From Octopus sinensis (Eukaryota): a stretch of 50,503 nt of DNA. Location: the NCBI RefSeq assembly GCF_006345805.1, contig NW_021834312.1, positions 1-50,503 on the forward strand, read 5' to 3'. The notes under the pieces were generated by a model. The model made no database searches and was not told where the DNA came from. It saw only the letters and a program-made list of their open reading frames with translations. Position numbers and translations under genes: made by a program. Positions 23,991-36,505 of this stretch are shown piece after piece (positions within the stretch are counted from its first letter, which is position 1; each line of letters starts with the position of its first letter).

Positions 23991-25318
23991 TATCCGTTTC
24001 TAGGTTTTTCATTTTTCAGATGGCGCTACACCACCTCCGTCAACATGAAACTAAAAAATGACGCAATTAAAACATACTCATTTATGTATTTTAATTGAAA
24101 TTATTTAGATGCATCTTATTGGGGAATATAATTTCTCTCTTGAAAGAATAAATTTTGATAATGATATTTCTGCAGCTAAATTTTCTTGAATAATTTTATT
24201 TAATTTTATTCAATTTCTATTCCTTTTGCTTGAATGAAATCTTAATCTGCAGTTTTTTTAATAATCTCTCCATGTATATATTGCCATACTACACAATAAT
24301 TAAATATGCAATACATCTTAATTTTCAGGATAGAAACGTGACTCAGACGTTAGTTATAGAGTTTCAGACGGAAAGAGTAATTATCTTTCGATGCTGGAAT
24401 TGCTGTTGTTGTTGTTGTTGTTGTTGTTTTTGTTGTTGCTGTTGTTGTTGTTGTTGTTGTTGCTGCTGCTCTATCAGCGAAACGTTCTTAAATCTGAATT
24501 TGTAAGGCTGTTGTTCTTTCTTTTTTCTTCTCCTTAGACACAATTCTCGTTTTGTACTGGAGATTGAAGCTCGCAGGTCGACCAACGTACGAAGGCAACT
24601 TTTACAAGCTGGGTGGTCACCTCGGATAAGATGTTGCTACTGTTGCGGTTGTACGCCTGTAAAAAGTAACAAAATAAGCTCTGATAAATCTCGGAGGTGT
24701 ACTCGTTGAATTACAAGATTTGATAGTTTGTGTGATCTTGAGGAACTTCCCAGAAAACTGTCTCCTCTGCCTGTAATATTCCATTTGTACTGTCATAAAT
24801 AACTGATTATTTACAGCAGAACTCCAGTTTCTGTAGCGTTCAAGAGAGGATACAGGTGTGTTCTCCTTATATAAGACACCTGACTCTTGTAGGTAGTTAT
24901 TGGCCTACAGAAACATTTCAAACCAGCTCTATACGGTCACTAGGTTACAGTTAACAGCAGTAAGCTGTACGCCACTCACAACATTTATCGGTTATATGCG
25001 GCTGTTAGTGACTACCATGGTTTCTGTTCATGTTTGTAACCATGGTCTGTACCTTCGTTACAACCACAAAGTAGAACTGTTAGCAGGATATGACCAGCTG
25101 CTCTGTCGGTTGGTTGTCCAGCACACTATCGACCTGACCATCCACGCTCTTTCATGAATAACCGTCCCCTGGTCAGTTAGTCAACTAAGTTACTGTTACA
25201 TGTAGCAAGTAAGTAGTAGTAGTGCAGCAGCAGCAGCATGGGGACATGCGCTGTAAGAGCAAATCGCGGCAGCCACCGTTTGTTGGTGGTTCCCTTCTAT
25301 TCTTGGCAGGTAACCCCT

Positions 25319-25547
25319 GCGGCAAGCTGGCAGAAACGTTAGCACGCCGGACGAAATGCTTAGCCGTATTTCGTCTGCCGTTACGTTCTGAGTTCAAATT
25401 CCGCCGAGGTCGACTTTGCCGTTCATCCTTTCGGGGTCGATTAAATAAGTACCAGTTACGCACTGGGGTCGATGTAATCGACTTAATCCGTTTGTCTGTC
25501 CTTGTTTGTCCCCTCTGTGTTTTGTCCCTTGTGGGTAGTAAAGAAAT
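25319..25547 (+). mobile_element. SINE family A
   Basis: Full copy; probable TSD aggtaacccct (25308-25318) / aggtgacccct (25548-25558). Confidence 0.9.
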
Positions 25548-25892
25548 AGGTGACCCCTTTGCACCACTCAGGCGGCAGCCCTCCAACCCATGGCTCTGTT
25601 CGGGTAGTTGTTTCTGGTGTGGAACTTACAAGGCGGAGTGTTAATACTACCTCAACCCCTTTCACGTCACGCAGAGAAAACGTTGAGTTTGTTATAGGAC
25701 ACACCCGTCCCCACACTACACTGTACTAGAAGAGTAACAAGAAAAGAAGTGTTTTGGTCAAGAAAAGAGCACGCTGTCCGGTTCAGGAATCGAATCCACA
25801 ATCTGACGATTGTCAATACAACACCCCAATCCCTAGGGCCACGCGTCTTCACAAGTAAATAGACAGAGGAAACGTTATTAATTGATATGGTC

Positions 25893-26177
25893 TTTATTTT
25901 ATCGTCACAATGTAAGATACAACTTCAAACTGTTATACGTAGGTTATTTCTAGTTCTATAATCCATTTTGTTGGTAGCTAAGTTCATTTGTGAGTGACTG
26001 CTAGAAGACGGAGAGAAGAAGGAGCGAGAAAGAGTAAAAGAATTGGTTGATAATTAGGGAGGGTGAACGTTGTATAGTTTAGCAGTGACAAGCCTTACGT
26101 GAAGTGTTGCTCTTGGCCAAGAGCCAAGCGAAAGAGACGAAAGTGGTGAGATTTGAGTTTTGAGTACTGTATTTATA
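25893..26177 (-). other. Putative small spliced transcription unit or 5' end of an unknown gene
   Basis: TATAAATA (26177-26170); CA initiator at 26147; donor CAC|gtaagg at 26099/26098; 98-nt intron with ~40-nt pyrimidine tract and ctag; ATG 25987 to TGA 25925 (20 aa); AATAAA at 25898-25893. Confidence 0.4.
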
Positions 26178-26606
26178 CATGTTGGAAAGCTGGATGTAGG
26201 TCGGAGAACAATGGAAGGCAAATGAGTTTATCTATGGTGAACTGTATCTAACCCAAGAATGTTCGCTTAAGCAATAAAATTGAACCAAGTGAGACAGTTG
26301 ATCGCCATGCGTTTCTAAGCACAAATGGCGAAAACAATAGAAAGGAACTCACAGAAAATCTACACTCGATTTCGAATCTTGGCTAAGAGGAAAGTAAATT
26401 GAAGTCTGCCTGTTGCTGTGGGCCCATGAATGGCTGTGTGGTTAAGAAGTTTGTTTTAAAGCCACGTGATTTTGTGTTGAGTTCCACTGCGCAGTATCTC
26501 GCGCAAGGATCGTCCATTATAGCCCCAGGCTGATCAATACCATATCAGTGAATCTACTGGATGGAAACCGTGTGGAAGTCCGTCCAAACTATAGTCAAAT
26601 TGTTGT

Positions 26607-26638
<32 letters not shown>

Positions 26639-26884
26639 TTGTAGCTGCTGTTTTTGTTGTTGTTGTTGTTGTTTAGTCCCAAATCAGTTTTGATCGCTTG
26701 AACTTATGATGACCAGGACTGACTTGGATTCGAAGTTTTTATTTCGGATACGGTGAACCCCAAACTACATTTTACATGTATTTTTTAAACGGGTGCATCT
26801 GAGGCAGATTTCGTAGCTCTTTCTAGCTGGTTATTTGACCTCATTAAGAGTTTTTTTCTTTGACATATAAATTAGCTAAGTTGT

Positions 26885-27285
26885 GGTTGCTGTTGGTTGC
26901 TATTGCTGTTGAGCGAAGCGGTCTTCGTCCCAGAGCTGGCAAGATGGGAGAAGTCCGAAACGTAGTCCTTTGCTATTCGTAAGACCCGCAGAAGAGAAAG
27001 CAGGTCAACCCCCGACACCGAGAGCATCGACGGATGGATGAATGCGCATCCAGGCTCAGCGGTTGCGTAGGAAGTCGGGGACAAGAAACAAGAAGAAAGA
27101 GTGAGAGAAAGTTGGAGCGACAGAGTACAACAGGGGTCGCCACCACCCCCTGCCGGAGCATCGTGGAGCTTTAGGTGTTTTCGCTCAATAAACACACACA
27201 ACGCCCGGTCTGGGAATCGAAACCGCAATCCTCCGACCGCGAGTCCGCTGCTCTAACTCCTGGGTCATTGCGCCTCCTCTGTGGT
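26885..27285 (-). mobile_element. SINE family C-related copy
   Basis: Reverse: aggcgcaatgacccaggagttagagcagcggactcgcggtcggaggattgcggtttcgattcccaga (tRNA-like head). Confidence 0.7.
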
Positions 27286-28229
27286 TGCTGTTGGTTGTGG
27301 TTGTAGTGGTGGGTGTGGTGGTCGTCATCGTCGTTATCGTGATGGTCGTGGTGGTTTTAGATGTTAGCGGCGCTGTGGAAGAGGATGAAATGAAGGTAAT
27401 GTGAGTGCTGAAGCCATCCATAACGATGCTAAACAATGAAAGTTAAGGTAAGTGTCGCCAGAAGAGAACCAGGATTAATGGAATAATTTCGGCTGGCTAT
27501 TTCTGTCAGAACAAATTCCAGAGATGTTTCCGAGAGAGACATGAAAATTCTAACTTGTTCTTGCACCAGGTTTCTCATTCATATTTCTGAAACGGGGCAA
27601 ACACCGTCGAATGCACTCAACAGATGTTTCTCTTTTTTTTATCACCGAGTGGTTACTTAAACTTATTTAGATAAAACATGACCTCAACGTAAGTACTTAT
27701 CGTACTTCCAGCCAAAGAGATTGTGTGCAACACGGCCGAATAGATAAATCATTGGGTTATCATGTCAAATCAATAAGTTGGTAATAGGTAGCATATGTAT
27801 AGAGAGCATATGATAGAGAGCATTCTGGTGGTGGATTTCCGTCTTTTAACGACGAGGATTCGATGGTTTCGTCAAATGAATAATTTGTTCCTCAAGTAGC
27901 GTGTAGGTAGTTGAATATTTCAGACGTATGTTTTCTGGAACAAATTCTCAGCTAGAATCGACGCGACGCAGTGATTTACAAGGCTGTACTTTTTGAATTA
28001 CTGGTATATTCCACCCGATTATTTTCCCTCTACCCAACTTCATTTGCAAAGTACGCGTCGGTCTATTGCTATAGAAGAAAGGATGTTGGCTTAAGAAAAC
28101 GACAATAGACTTCGAATGTGGGACCTCGATGTTGCGAAGCCAAACATCTTAACCATTCGGCTATACTACACATACAGGAAGAATTCTCTTTAAAAAGCAA
28201 TTCAAAATTTAAGGCAAAAAAGCAGAGAA

Positions 28230-28645
28230 GACGGTGAGCTGGCAGAGTGGTTAGCACGCCGGACGAAATGCTTAGCGGTATTTCGTCTGACGCTACGTTC
28301 CGAGTTCAAATTCCGCCGAGGTCGACTTTGCCTTTCATCCTTTTGGGGTCGATTAAATAAGTACCAGGTACGCACTTGGGTCGATATAATCGACTTAATC
28401 CGTTTGTCTCTCCTTGTTTGTCCTCTCTGTGTTTAGCCCCTTGTGGGTAGTAAAGAAATAGGTGTTTCGTCTGCCGTTGCGTTCTGAGTTCAAATTCCGC
28501 AGAGGTCGACTTTGCTTTTCATCCTTTTGGGCTCGATAAATTAAGTACCAGTTACGTACTGGGGTCGATGTAATCGACTTAATCCCTTTGTCTGTCCTTG
28601 TTTGTCCCCTCTGTGTTTAGCCCCTTGTGGGCAATAAAGAGATAA
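28230..28645 (+). mobile_element. SINE family A concatemer (full unit plus headless unit)
   Basis: Junction gtaaagaaatagg|tgtttcgtctgccg at about 28462. Confidence 0.9.
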
Positions 28646-28991
28646 GAAAAGCAGTGGAAGAACATAACTTTGTGGATTCTTCCAAGTTGAGGATATTTAC
28701 TGAGTTCAAAACTCTGAAAGCAGAATCACTGAAAAGATTTTCCTTCCGAGTCAGTTTCTTGTTTACAAAAATGAATGGCTGTATTTTCACGAAATGGTCT
28801 CTCCCCGCCCCACTTTCTCTGTCTCTGTCTCTCTGTCTTCCTCTCCTCCTCTCTCTCTCTCATTCTCTCTGTTTTTCTATTTATCTAACTATCTAGGACT
28901 ATATCTATTATTGCTTTTCTAAACCCTCGTTCAGATCTAATCGAAAAGCATTCCAGCCTTTACCATTCTGTCTTTATATTTTCAGCCATAA

Positions 28992-29361
28992 TCTCTATAT
29001 ATATAAAGCTGAAGTTGTCTGTGTATGGCAGGTTTGGTAGCCTTCAACTAACACTATCTCCTCCGAGACCCTGCAGCGCAAGTTGACCAAAATTGAGAGT
29101 ATGATAGAAGAAGGCTTGCTCCAAATCGGACCATGTTAAGACCAAAAATTATTTACATCAGAAAGGTGCTTTTTTTCTATGAAAATCCCTATTTTTTACG
29201 ATTTTTTGACTGCTGTATCGCCATTTTACAGTGTATTTCAACCAGAAAAATGTTCACTTAAAGAGAATAACAAGCTACATAATGCAAAATTTTTACTCTT
29301 CAAAAATTCCAATTCTAAAGAGTCGAAATAAACCCGAGCAACGCCGGGCGATACTGCTAGT
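28992..29361 (-). mobile_element. Helentron-like element sharing termini, not interior, with 20650/21558
   Basis: Reverse begins actagcagtatcgcccggcgttgctcggg and ends cacagacaacttcagctttatatatatagaga. Confidence 0.6.
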
Positions 29362-29889
29362 ACATACAGAATTACAGCCTCCACTCACTCCCTACATTTT
29401 GAAGGTGGTAGAGGATTAGTCTAGTGATTATTTGGCAGCTATATCTAGCAGGTTGTGCGACTGTGTATACTCTCCGACTTCAGCTCGAACAGGTTGTTGT
29501 AATCAGGAAAGGTGAACTGTATAGAAGCTGACATGAGATGTCAGAAAAATTATAAATGATCAGAAAAAAAAAATATAAGTGATAAAGTTTATAGAGAATT
29601 AAAAGTGAAGCGAGAAAGTCAACGGTCACAAACTGTAGGAAATACAAGTGGAGGTTCTCCTTTTGATACAAAATATACTGACAAAACCGTTTAGTAGACG
29701 ACATAGCATGTAAACAAAAGATCTTAGTGGTTGGTCATCAACATTGAAATCTAATTTTACAAGACACGAGATTGAATACGTGTGTATTCTTTGCTTTTAC
29801 CAGACGCTATATATATATATAATATATATATATATATTATATAGGGAGAGAGAGAGAGAGAGAGAGAATATGTATATATATGGAATATG

Positions 29890-30128
29890 TATATATATGG
29901 AAAAAAAAGTCAGGATAGAAAATGCCAAAAATAATTTTATAAAAAACATTTCAGTACCGGTTTCAGTCATTGAGACTTTTTCAACTGTAACAATTAAATA
30001 ATTAAATTAAGAAAAATTAAAAGAAAAGTTTTTTAATAGAATATTTGTATAGTGTTTGAATACAAGAGGCATTTTCCTTGTTTCTGCCTGTCTCTGTCGC
30101 TCTTGTTTACTCTTGTGGGTTCGAGGTC
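29890..30128 (-). mobile_element. Single-arm copy of the hammerhead-bearing fold-back family (motif at 29952-29987)
   Basis: Matches the left arm plus spacer of the 45785-46230 palindrome. Reverse reads CAG-TTGAAAA-AGTC tcaat GACT-GAAA-CCGG-TA-CTG. Confidence 0.75.
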
Positions 30129-30144
30129 CTATATATATATATAT

Positions 30145-30700
30145 ATGTATTTTACCAGGCAACAATGAATGCGTCTATATATTTATACCAGACGATATTG
30201 AGTGCGTGTATATTTTTTTTTACCAGACTATATTGAAGAATGTATATTTTTTACCAGCCAACAATGAATTCTTTTACTCTTTTATTTTTTTTACCTTTTT
30301 CAGTCATTTGACTGCGGCTATGCTGGATTACCGTGTGTTTATGTTTTTTACCAGATAACAATAAACGTCTGTATATCGTTTTTTATCAGACGACATTGAA
30401 TGAGCGTATATTTTTTAACAGGTGATGTGTTTATATCTTTTACCAGACAACAGTGAAAATGACCTGAAAATTTTGCAACGCGACCACTTTTCTGAGGTTC
30501 TCAGCTTCTCCTTCTCGCCAGCTTTCCCGGTCTCCTTGTGCCGGTTTTCTTTCACCTTCACTTATAGAGCATTAACTTTCTGTCGGCTTTCAGAGTGCGC
30601 ATATTTTTTTTAAAACACTGGGTACACGTACATATTTTTAGCGGACGATATTGAACGTGTCCCCATATTTTTTTTTACCTGACAAGACCGAATGTGTGTA
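30145..30700. repeat. Degenerate ~35-bp minisatellite
   Basis: About nine units of tttttaccagac(a/g)a(c/t)a(a/t)tgaatg.gt.tata, interrupted by a SINE-B tail fragment. Confidence 0.65.
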
Positions 30701-30879
30701 AGTATGAGTTTATATTTTTTGCAGTTATCTCTTACAAATAAACAAGCGACTTCATTTTCTTCTTAATTATATCGTTATTGTTAACAATCGATTTATGACA
30801 AGTTTCTCCATGCAAATACGGGCTATCCCGTGTGTATTTAAGATTTATCATTTACAGATATTGAACTCAATAAATTTTA

Positions 30880-31096
30880 TATTCTTTTATTCTTTTACTT
30901 GTTTCAGTCATTTGACTGCGGCCATGCTGGAGCACCGCCTTTAGTCGAGCAAATCGACCCCGGGACTTATTCTTTGTAAGCTCAGTACTTATTCTATCGG
31001 TCTCTTTTGCCGAACCGCTAAGTGACGGGGACGTAAACACACCAGCATCGGTTGTCAAGCAATGCTAGTGGAACAAACACAGACACACAAACATAT

Positions 31097-31129
<33 letters not shown>

Positions 31130-31297
31130 CATATATACGACAGGCTTCTTTCAGTTTCCGTCTACCAAATCCACTCACAAGGCATTGGTCGGCCCGGGGC
31201 TATAGCAGAAGACACTTGCCCAAGATGCAACACAGTGGGACTGAACCCGGAACCATGTGGTTGGTTAGCAAGCTACTTACCACACAGCCACTCCTGT
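30880..31297 (-). mobile_element. SINE family B
   Basis: Near-consensus reverse copy. Confidence 0.92.
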
Positions 31298-31742
31298 ATA
31301 ACCATCGTGCTTAATCACTTCTGAAAGTGTTCGATCTGGAATTGAATATCGAACTTTAAAGGGTGTTTACCCTCAATGTTTATACAACACTACTTCTTGT
31401 TGACGTTGTTGTTCACGTTTTATTTTGTTCACCTCCCGTGACAGCGTTCACCAAGCGCAGACAGCCCAGGTCGTCAGATTTTTCCCCAGACATAATCTAC
31501 TCATAACGATATTTATTCAATGAGCTTTTTTCTTCGTTTCCCCTCCAACAGATAGAAATCTGAAGTAATATTTAACTGCTTTTCCTACCAGGTCATGTGG
31601 TCATATATAGATGTAGTGGCCCGTTAATCCAGTGTGTTCGAATAGGATGGTAACAAGGCTGTGATTTTCAGGAACTATTACATAGAAGGAACCACTTCCA
31701 GAAAATCTCTCATTATCATTCAATTGTACGCACACTCACATA

Positions 31743-32540
31743 TATATAAATTAGTCTTGTCCAGGCTAATGCTGAGTCCAAATGCCCTGCAAGAAGCAGA
31801 AATGCAATTCATAAGTATTTGCATGTCATCCACTGTATGAGTGACTAAGTCACAGTCATCTGCATAAAGGAGGTCACGAATAATAGACTGGGAAACCTTT
31901 GAATTGGCAGCAAATCGGCGAAGATTAAAGAGGCGGCCAGAAGACCGATATCTGACATATATTCCCAGAGAGCTAACCTTAGCAAAAGCATGAGTAAAAG
32001 TAGCAGCAAAGTACAAAGAAAAGAGAGTTAGGGCAAGGATGTCACCCTGCTTAACACCATTCTCTACAGGAATGAGTCCCGCCATGGCACCACCAACATT
32101 GACCCAAGCCTCCATCCCATCATGAAATGATTTAATTATAGATACAAAGTGATCCGGACATCCATAGAAAGGCCCTATTTACAGTACCAAAGGCCTTAGT
32201 TAAATCAATGAATACCTGGACAAGATCCATATTCTGCTCATAGCACTTCTGCATCTGTCTTGCTGTGAAAATCATATCAATTGTCCCTCTACCAGATCGG
32301 AAGCCACATTGAGATTCAGATAGGACATCATTTACGAGACACTCATTCAGACGGGTAAGAAGAATATTTGCCAGAACCTTGCCAGCAGCTGATAGTAGAG
32401 CAATACCTCTGTAGTTACCACACATTATTCTGGCTCCTTTTCCTTTATATAGAGGAAGAATAATTGCATCCTTCCAGTCCTTAGGGATTGCACCATCCCA
32501 TCAGACTGCACTAATAAGTTTATGAGGGGACTGTGTGATG
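31743..32540 (-). mobile_element. RTE-clade LINE RT fragment
   Basis: IPKDWKDAIILPLYKGKG, CGNYRGIALLSAAGKVLA, ESQCGFRSGRGTIDMIF, FIDLTKAF, GVKQGDILA, LLYADDCDL. Confidence 0.93.
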
Positions 32541-32818
32541 CAATTACCACCAAATTGTATATATATATATATTTATTCTATTTATTCTTGGCCGCCATGG
32601 GTTTTGCAATAAATCACTAAATCATCCATAACTTTTGTATTATCCTCTCAAATTATACCAAAATCTCAGGCAATAACAAATAATATCGTATTTATTGTCT
32701 GTGAAAATTATAGAATATAAAACAACTTTGATAAAAAATTGTATCTACTTTTCTGACGAAAACAATGCCGTTCTGAACATTTTGGCCTCCACTGTATATA
32801 TATATATATATATATATA

Positions 32819-33042
32819 TAGTATTCAAAATGTCTCTCCACAGTAAGTATTTAATGGTTTTCGGGTGACTCTTGTACACTGATGCTTTACTTGCTTCCCA
32901 GAAAAAAAGTGTCTGCGGTGTTAAATCACGTGATCTTGGTGGCCAACATCCCTTCGAAATTATCCGTTCACCGAAAAACTCTTGAAGTAGCGCCATGGTT
33001 TGCGCAGGATGAAAAAAATCACTGCGGAGAGATTTTTTAAAC

Positions 33043-33048
<6 letters not shown>
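32819..33048 (-). mobile_element. Internally deleted Tc1/mariner derivative
   Basis: FFGERIISKGCWPPRSRDLTP..FFW..KASVY motif; imperfect TIRs (gtattcaaaatgtctctccacagt / gtgtttaaaaaatctctccgcagt) within TA runs. Confidence 0.7.
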
Positions 33049-33092
<44 letters not shown>

Positions 33093-33094
<2 letters not shown>

Positions 33095-33648
33095 CACAAA
33101 CCCCGACTCTGCCCCAACCCTCAGCCGAACCCACACCTCACCCATGCTTTCCCCACTGTCGCCTCCCCCACCTCTCAACAACATCACACCACACCACTCT
33201 ACATCATACAGCATTACACATCACATCACAACACACCACCCACACATCCATCCCCACATTTTCACACCTACACATACATGCAGGCACACGTCCAGACCAC
33301 CAGCCCTCTTTCACACGCACATACATACTCTCTTATACACACATGCACCTTCGTGTTGGGGTGGTGGGGTCATTTTTACTTTGTTATCTCCCCTACTTCT
33401 TGCCTCTCGTGTGTGACCCTTCTGTCCGAAGTCAGTTACCATGATAGATCGTTAGCCACTACACACATTTTTTCTCTCCTCGATTTTTTCTCTCCTTGTT
33501 TCTCTCCTTGTTTTTTCTGTGTCCTTTTTTGTAAAAGACCGTAGGCTCGAAACATAAAAGACTTTTTCTATTCCTGAGCATTGTACTAATACATCTGTTT
33601 ATTTTGTACACCACCTGTCTTCGTCTTTTGATTTTTCGTAAATTCTCC

Positions 33649-33688
<40 letters not shown>

Positions 33689-34280
33689 TATATATATATA
33701 CCCACAAACCCCGACTCTGCCCCAACCCTCAGCCGAACCCACACCTCACCCATGCTTTCCCCACTGTCGCCTCCCCCACCTCTCAACAACATCACACCAC
33801 ACCACTCTACATCATACAGCATTACACATCACATCACAACACACCACCCACACATCCATCCCCACATTTTCACACCTACACATACATGCAGGCACACGTC
33901 CAGACCACCAGCCCTCTTTCACACGCACATACATACTCTCTTATACACACATGCACCTTCGTGTTGGGGTGGTGGGGTCATTTTTACTTTGTTATCTCCC
34001 CTACTTCTTGCCTCTCGTGTGTGACCCTTCTGTCCGAAGTCAGTTACCATGATAGATCGTTAGCCACTACACACATTTTTTCTCTCCTCGATTTTTTCTC
34101 TCCTTGTTTCTCTCCTTGTTTCTCTCCTTGTTTCTCTCCTTGTTTTTTCTGTGTCCTTTTTTGTAAAAGACCGTAGGCTCGAAACATAAAAGACTTTTTC
34201 TATTCCTGAGCATTGTACTAATACATCTGTTTATTTTGTACACCACCTGTCTTCGTCTTTTGATTTTTCGTAAATTCTCC

Positions 34281-34284
<4 letters not shown>
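33093..34284 (+). repeat. Tandem duplication of a PLE-like 3' UTR/terminus (560 and 584 bp units)
   Basis: Units 33093-33652 and 33701-34284 appear identical except for two extra 12-bp ttgtttctctcc repeats. Related (reverse) to 18280-18480 and 45455-45672. Hammerhead-like motifs at 33525-33560 and 34157-34192. Confidence 0.9.
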
Positions 34285-34339
<55 letters not shown>

Positions 34340-34363
<24 letters not shown>

Positions 34364-34810
34364 GGTCATAGGAGAGAATCGATAGATTGTGGGTCAGATG
34401 CATCCGCCATAAGTAATGGCTGCGACAGTATAAATTGTTAAAAAGCAAGGAGAGAGAAATGGGGGCCCAAAGTCGGGTAGCTTTTACAGGGGGGTTACAT
34501 ACCTGATCTGACATGGTGCAAAGTTTTCCTGCTATTGTTAGCAACCTCCCTGTTTTCGCCGAACTTTTGTTAGATGAAGGCCCACTGCTGTGTGCCACGT
34601 GAGGGAAGATCTCCATTAGCTCATGTAGAATTACATGTAGAGTTGCTAATTAAGGAACGAGTGAATGAGCGATTCTTGATATTAGAGAATGTTGTTAATG
34701 GATGTCTTCATTGTGTTTGGGATATCGGAAGTGATTGTCATTAAGCGATTGATTGGATCAGAATGTTTGCTCTTCTCGGAAAAAAGGGGCAGCATGTTCT
34801 CTAGGATTTA
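34340..34810 (-). mobile_element. Possible degenerate PLE coding remnant
   Basis: Only weak motif resemblance (EIFPHVAHSSGPS) and adjacency to the PLE-like termini. Confidence 0.2.
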
Positions 34811-34829
34811 CGTATATTCTTTTCTGCTT

Positions 34830-35218
34830 AAGGTACAAAACTCGAAAATTTGGTGGGAGAGGGCCAGTAGATTAGATTGACCCTAGTACACAACTGGTAC
34901 TTAATTTATCGACACAGAAAAGATGAAAGGCAAAGTCGATGTCGGCGGAATTTGAACTCAGAACGTAGCGGCAGACGAAATACCTATTTCTTTACTACCC
35001 ACAAGGGGCTAAACACAGAGAGGACACACAAGAGCAGACAACGGGATTAAGTCGATTATATCGACCCCAGTGTGCAACTGGTACTTATTTAATCGACCGG
35101 AAGGATGAAAGGCAAAGTCGACCTCGGCGGAATTTGAACTCAGAACGTAAAGACAGACGAAATACCGCTAAGTATTTCGCCCGGCGTGCTAACGATTCTG
35201 CCAGCACGCCACCTTAAG
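34830..35218 (-). mobile_element. SINE family A concatemer
   Basis: Junction gcagacgaaatac|ctatttctttactaccc at about 34983. Confidence 0.88.
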
Positions 35219-35494
35219 ATTGATGTATACTGCTGTAGAAAGTTATTGTAGAGTTAGAGGCCTGCGCTGGAGCCTATTATTTGAGTGGAATGGAAGGGAC
35301 GTTGCGAGAGCAGACAGTCTCATTGGTTTGAAGTGACGAGAATTAATTTTATACTCTGTATGTATGTGTGCCAGCGAACCCTAATAAGAAACATCAGCTT
35401 TTGGGACCAAAACCTAAGTATGTAGCATAGAGAATAGAGTCTGGACAGAGGGGGAAAGATTTGTGTGAAACAGAGTGTGGGATTTTGTGTCTGT

Positions 35495-35822
35495 AAATGG
35501 TGGTATGAAGGCGATTGGGGTGTTCTGTTCATGATCGTAAGGTTGTAAGTTCGATTCCCGGCGGCGCATGGTGTCCTTGAGTAAGAAGCTTTGTTTCGCG
35601 TTACTCCAGTCCACTCAGTTGGCAAAAACAAGTTGTACCTGTATTCCAAAGGGGCCAGCCTTGTCACATTCTGTGTCATGCTGAATCTCCCTGAGACCTA
35701 TGTTAAAGGTACTCATGTCTGTAGAGTGCTCAGCCACTTATACGTTAATTTCACGAGCAGGCTGATCCGTTGATCGAGTCAACTGTCACACTCGCCGTCG
35801 TAACCGACGAAGTACCAGTGTA
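35495..35822 (+). mobile_element. SINE family C
   Basis: ttcgattcccggcggcgcatggtgtccttgagtaag...gtcacattctgtgtcatgctgaatctccctgag. Confidence 0.85.
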
Positions 35823-36007
35823 TCTGAGTCTGTGTATGTGTGTGTGTGTATGTGTGTGTGGTTATGATTCAGACGTTTTCATATGCTTGTGTCGCTCGTT
35901 GTTAGAGTGTGACTGGACCTCCTCATTGGCTGTTAAGTTATTGACGTCATAACATATGAACATGTCCACCGTATTATTAGTGACATATTTATGCCTTAAA
36001 TATATGA

Positions 36008-36039
<32 letters not shown>

Positions 36040-36109
36040 GTGTACAAACACAAACACGCATGCACTCACAAACCTAAATGCCTAAAGTAATTGCGATGAA
36101 TATTCCTTT

Positions 36110-36505
36110 GTACTCTTGGCACAAAGCCTAAAATTTTTGGGCAGGGGACCAGTCGATTAGACCAACCCCAGTACGTAATTGGTACATAATTTATCGACCC
36201 CGAAAGGATGAAAGGCAAAGTCGCCCTTGGTGGAATTTGAACTCAGAACGTAACGGCAGATGAAATACCTATTTCTTTACTACCCACAAGGGGCTAAACA
36301 TAGAGGGGACAAACAAGGACAGACAAACGGATTAAGTCGATTACATCGACCACCAGTGCGTAACTGGTACTTAATTTATCGACCCCGAAAGGATGAAAGG
36401 CAAAGTCGACCTCGGCAGATTTTGAACTCAGAACATAAAGATAGACGAAATAACGCCAAGCATTTCGCCCGGCGTGCTTACCGTTTCTGCCCACTCCTCG
36501 CCTCC
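36110..36505 (-). mobile_element. SINE family A concatemer
   Basis: Junction gcagatgaaatac|ctatttctttactaccc at about 36269. Confidence 0.88.

Noticed and set aside
25053-25160. Minus-strand GHILLTVLLCGCNEG|gtacag as a possible second signal-peptide exon
   Set aside because: In-frame stop between it and the nearest ATG, weak donor, and no pyrimidine-rich acceptor.
27860-27950. Minus-strand KPSNPRR echoing DPSNTRR of the CBM14 exon
   Set aside because: No cysteines and an immediate stop; likely chance.
14820-28170. tRNA-like A/B-box segments (14820-14893, 28095-28170, SINE heads) as tRNA genes
   Set aside because: Cloverleafs are incomplete or have expanded arms and continue into SINE bodies.
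30145-30700. Repeat-with-variable-spacer appearance suggesting CRISPR
   Set aside because: Eukaryotic context, repeats are degenerate and spacers resemble each other, and no cas genes are present.
32587-32794. Tc1-like TIR (tacagtggaggccaaaatg) as a complete MITE
   Set aside because: The opposite end matches only partially and there is no coding remnant.
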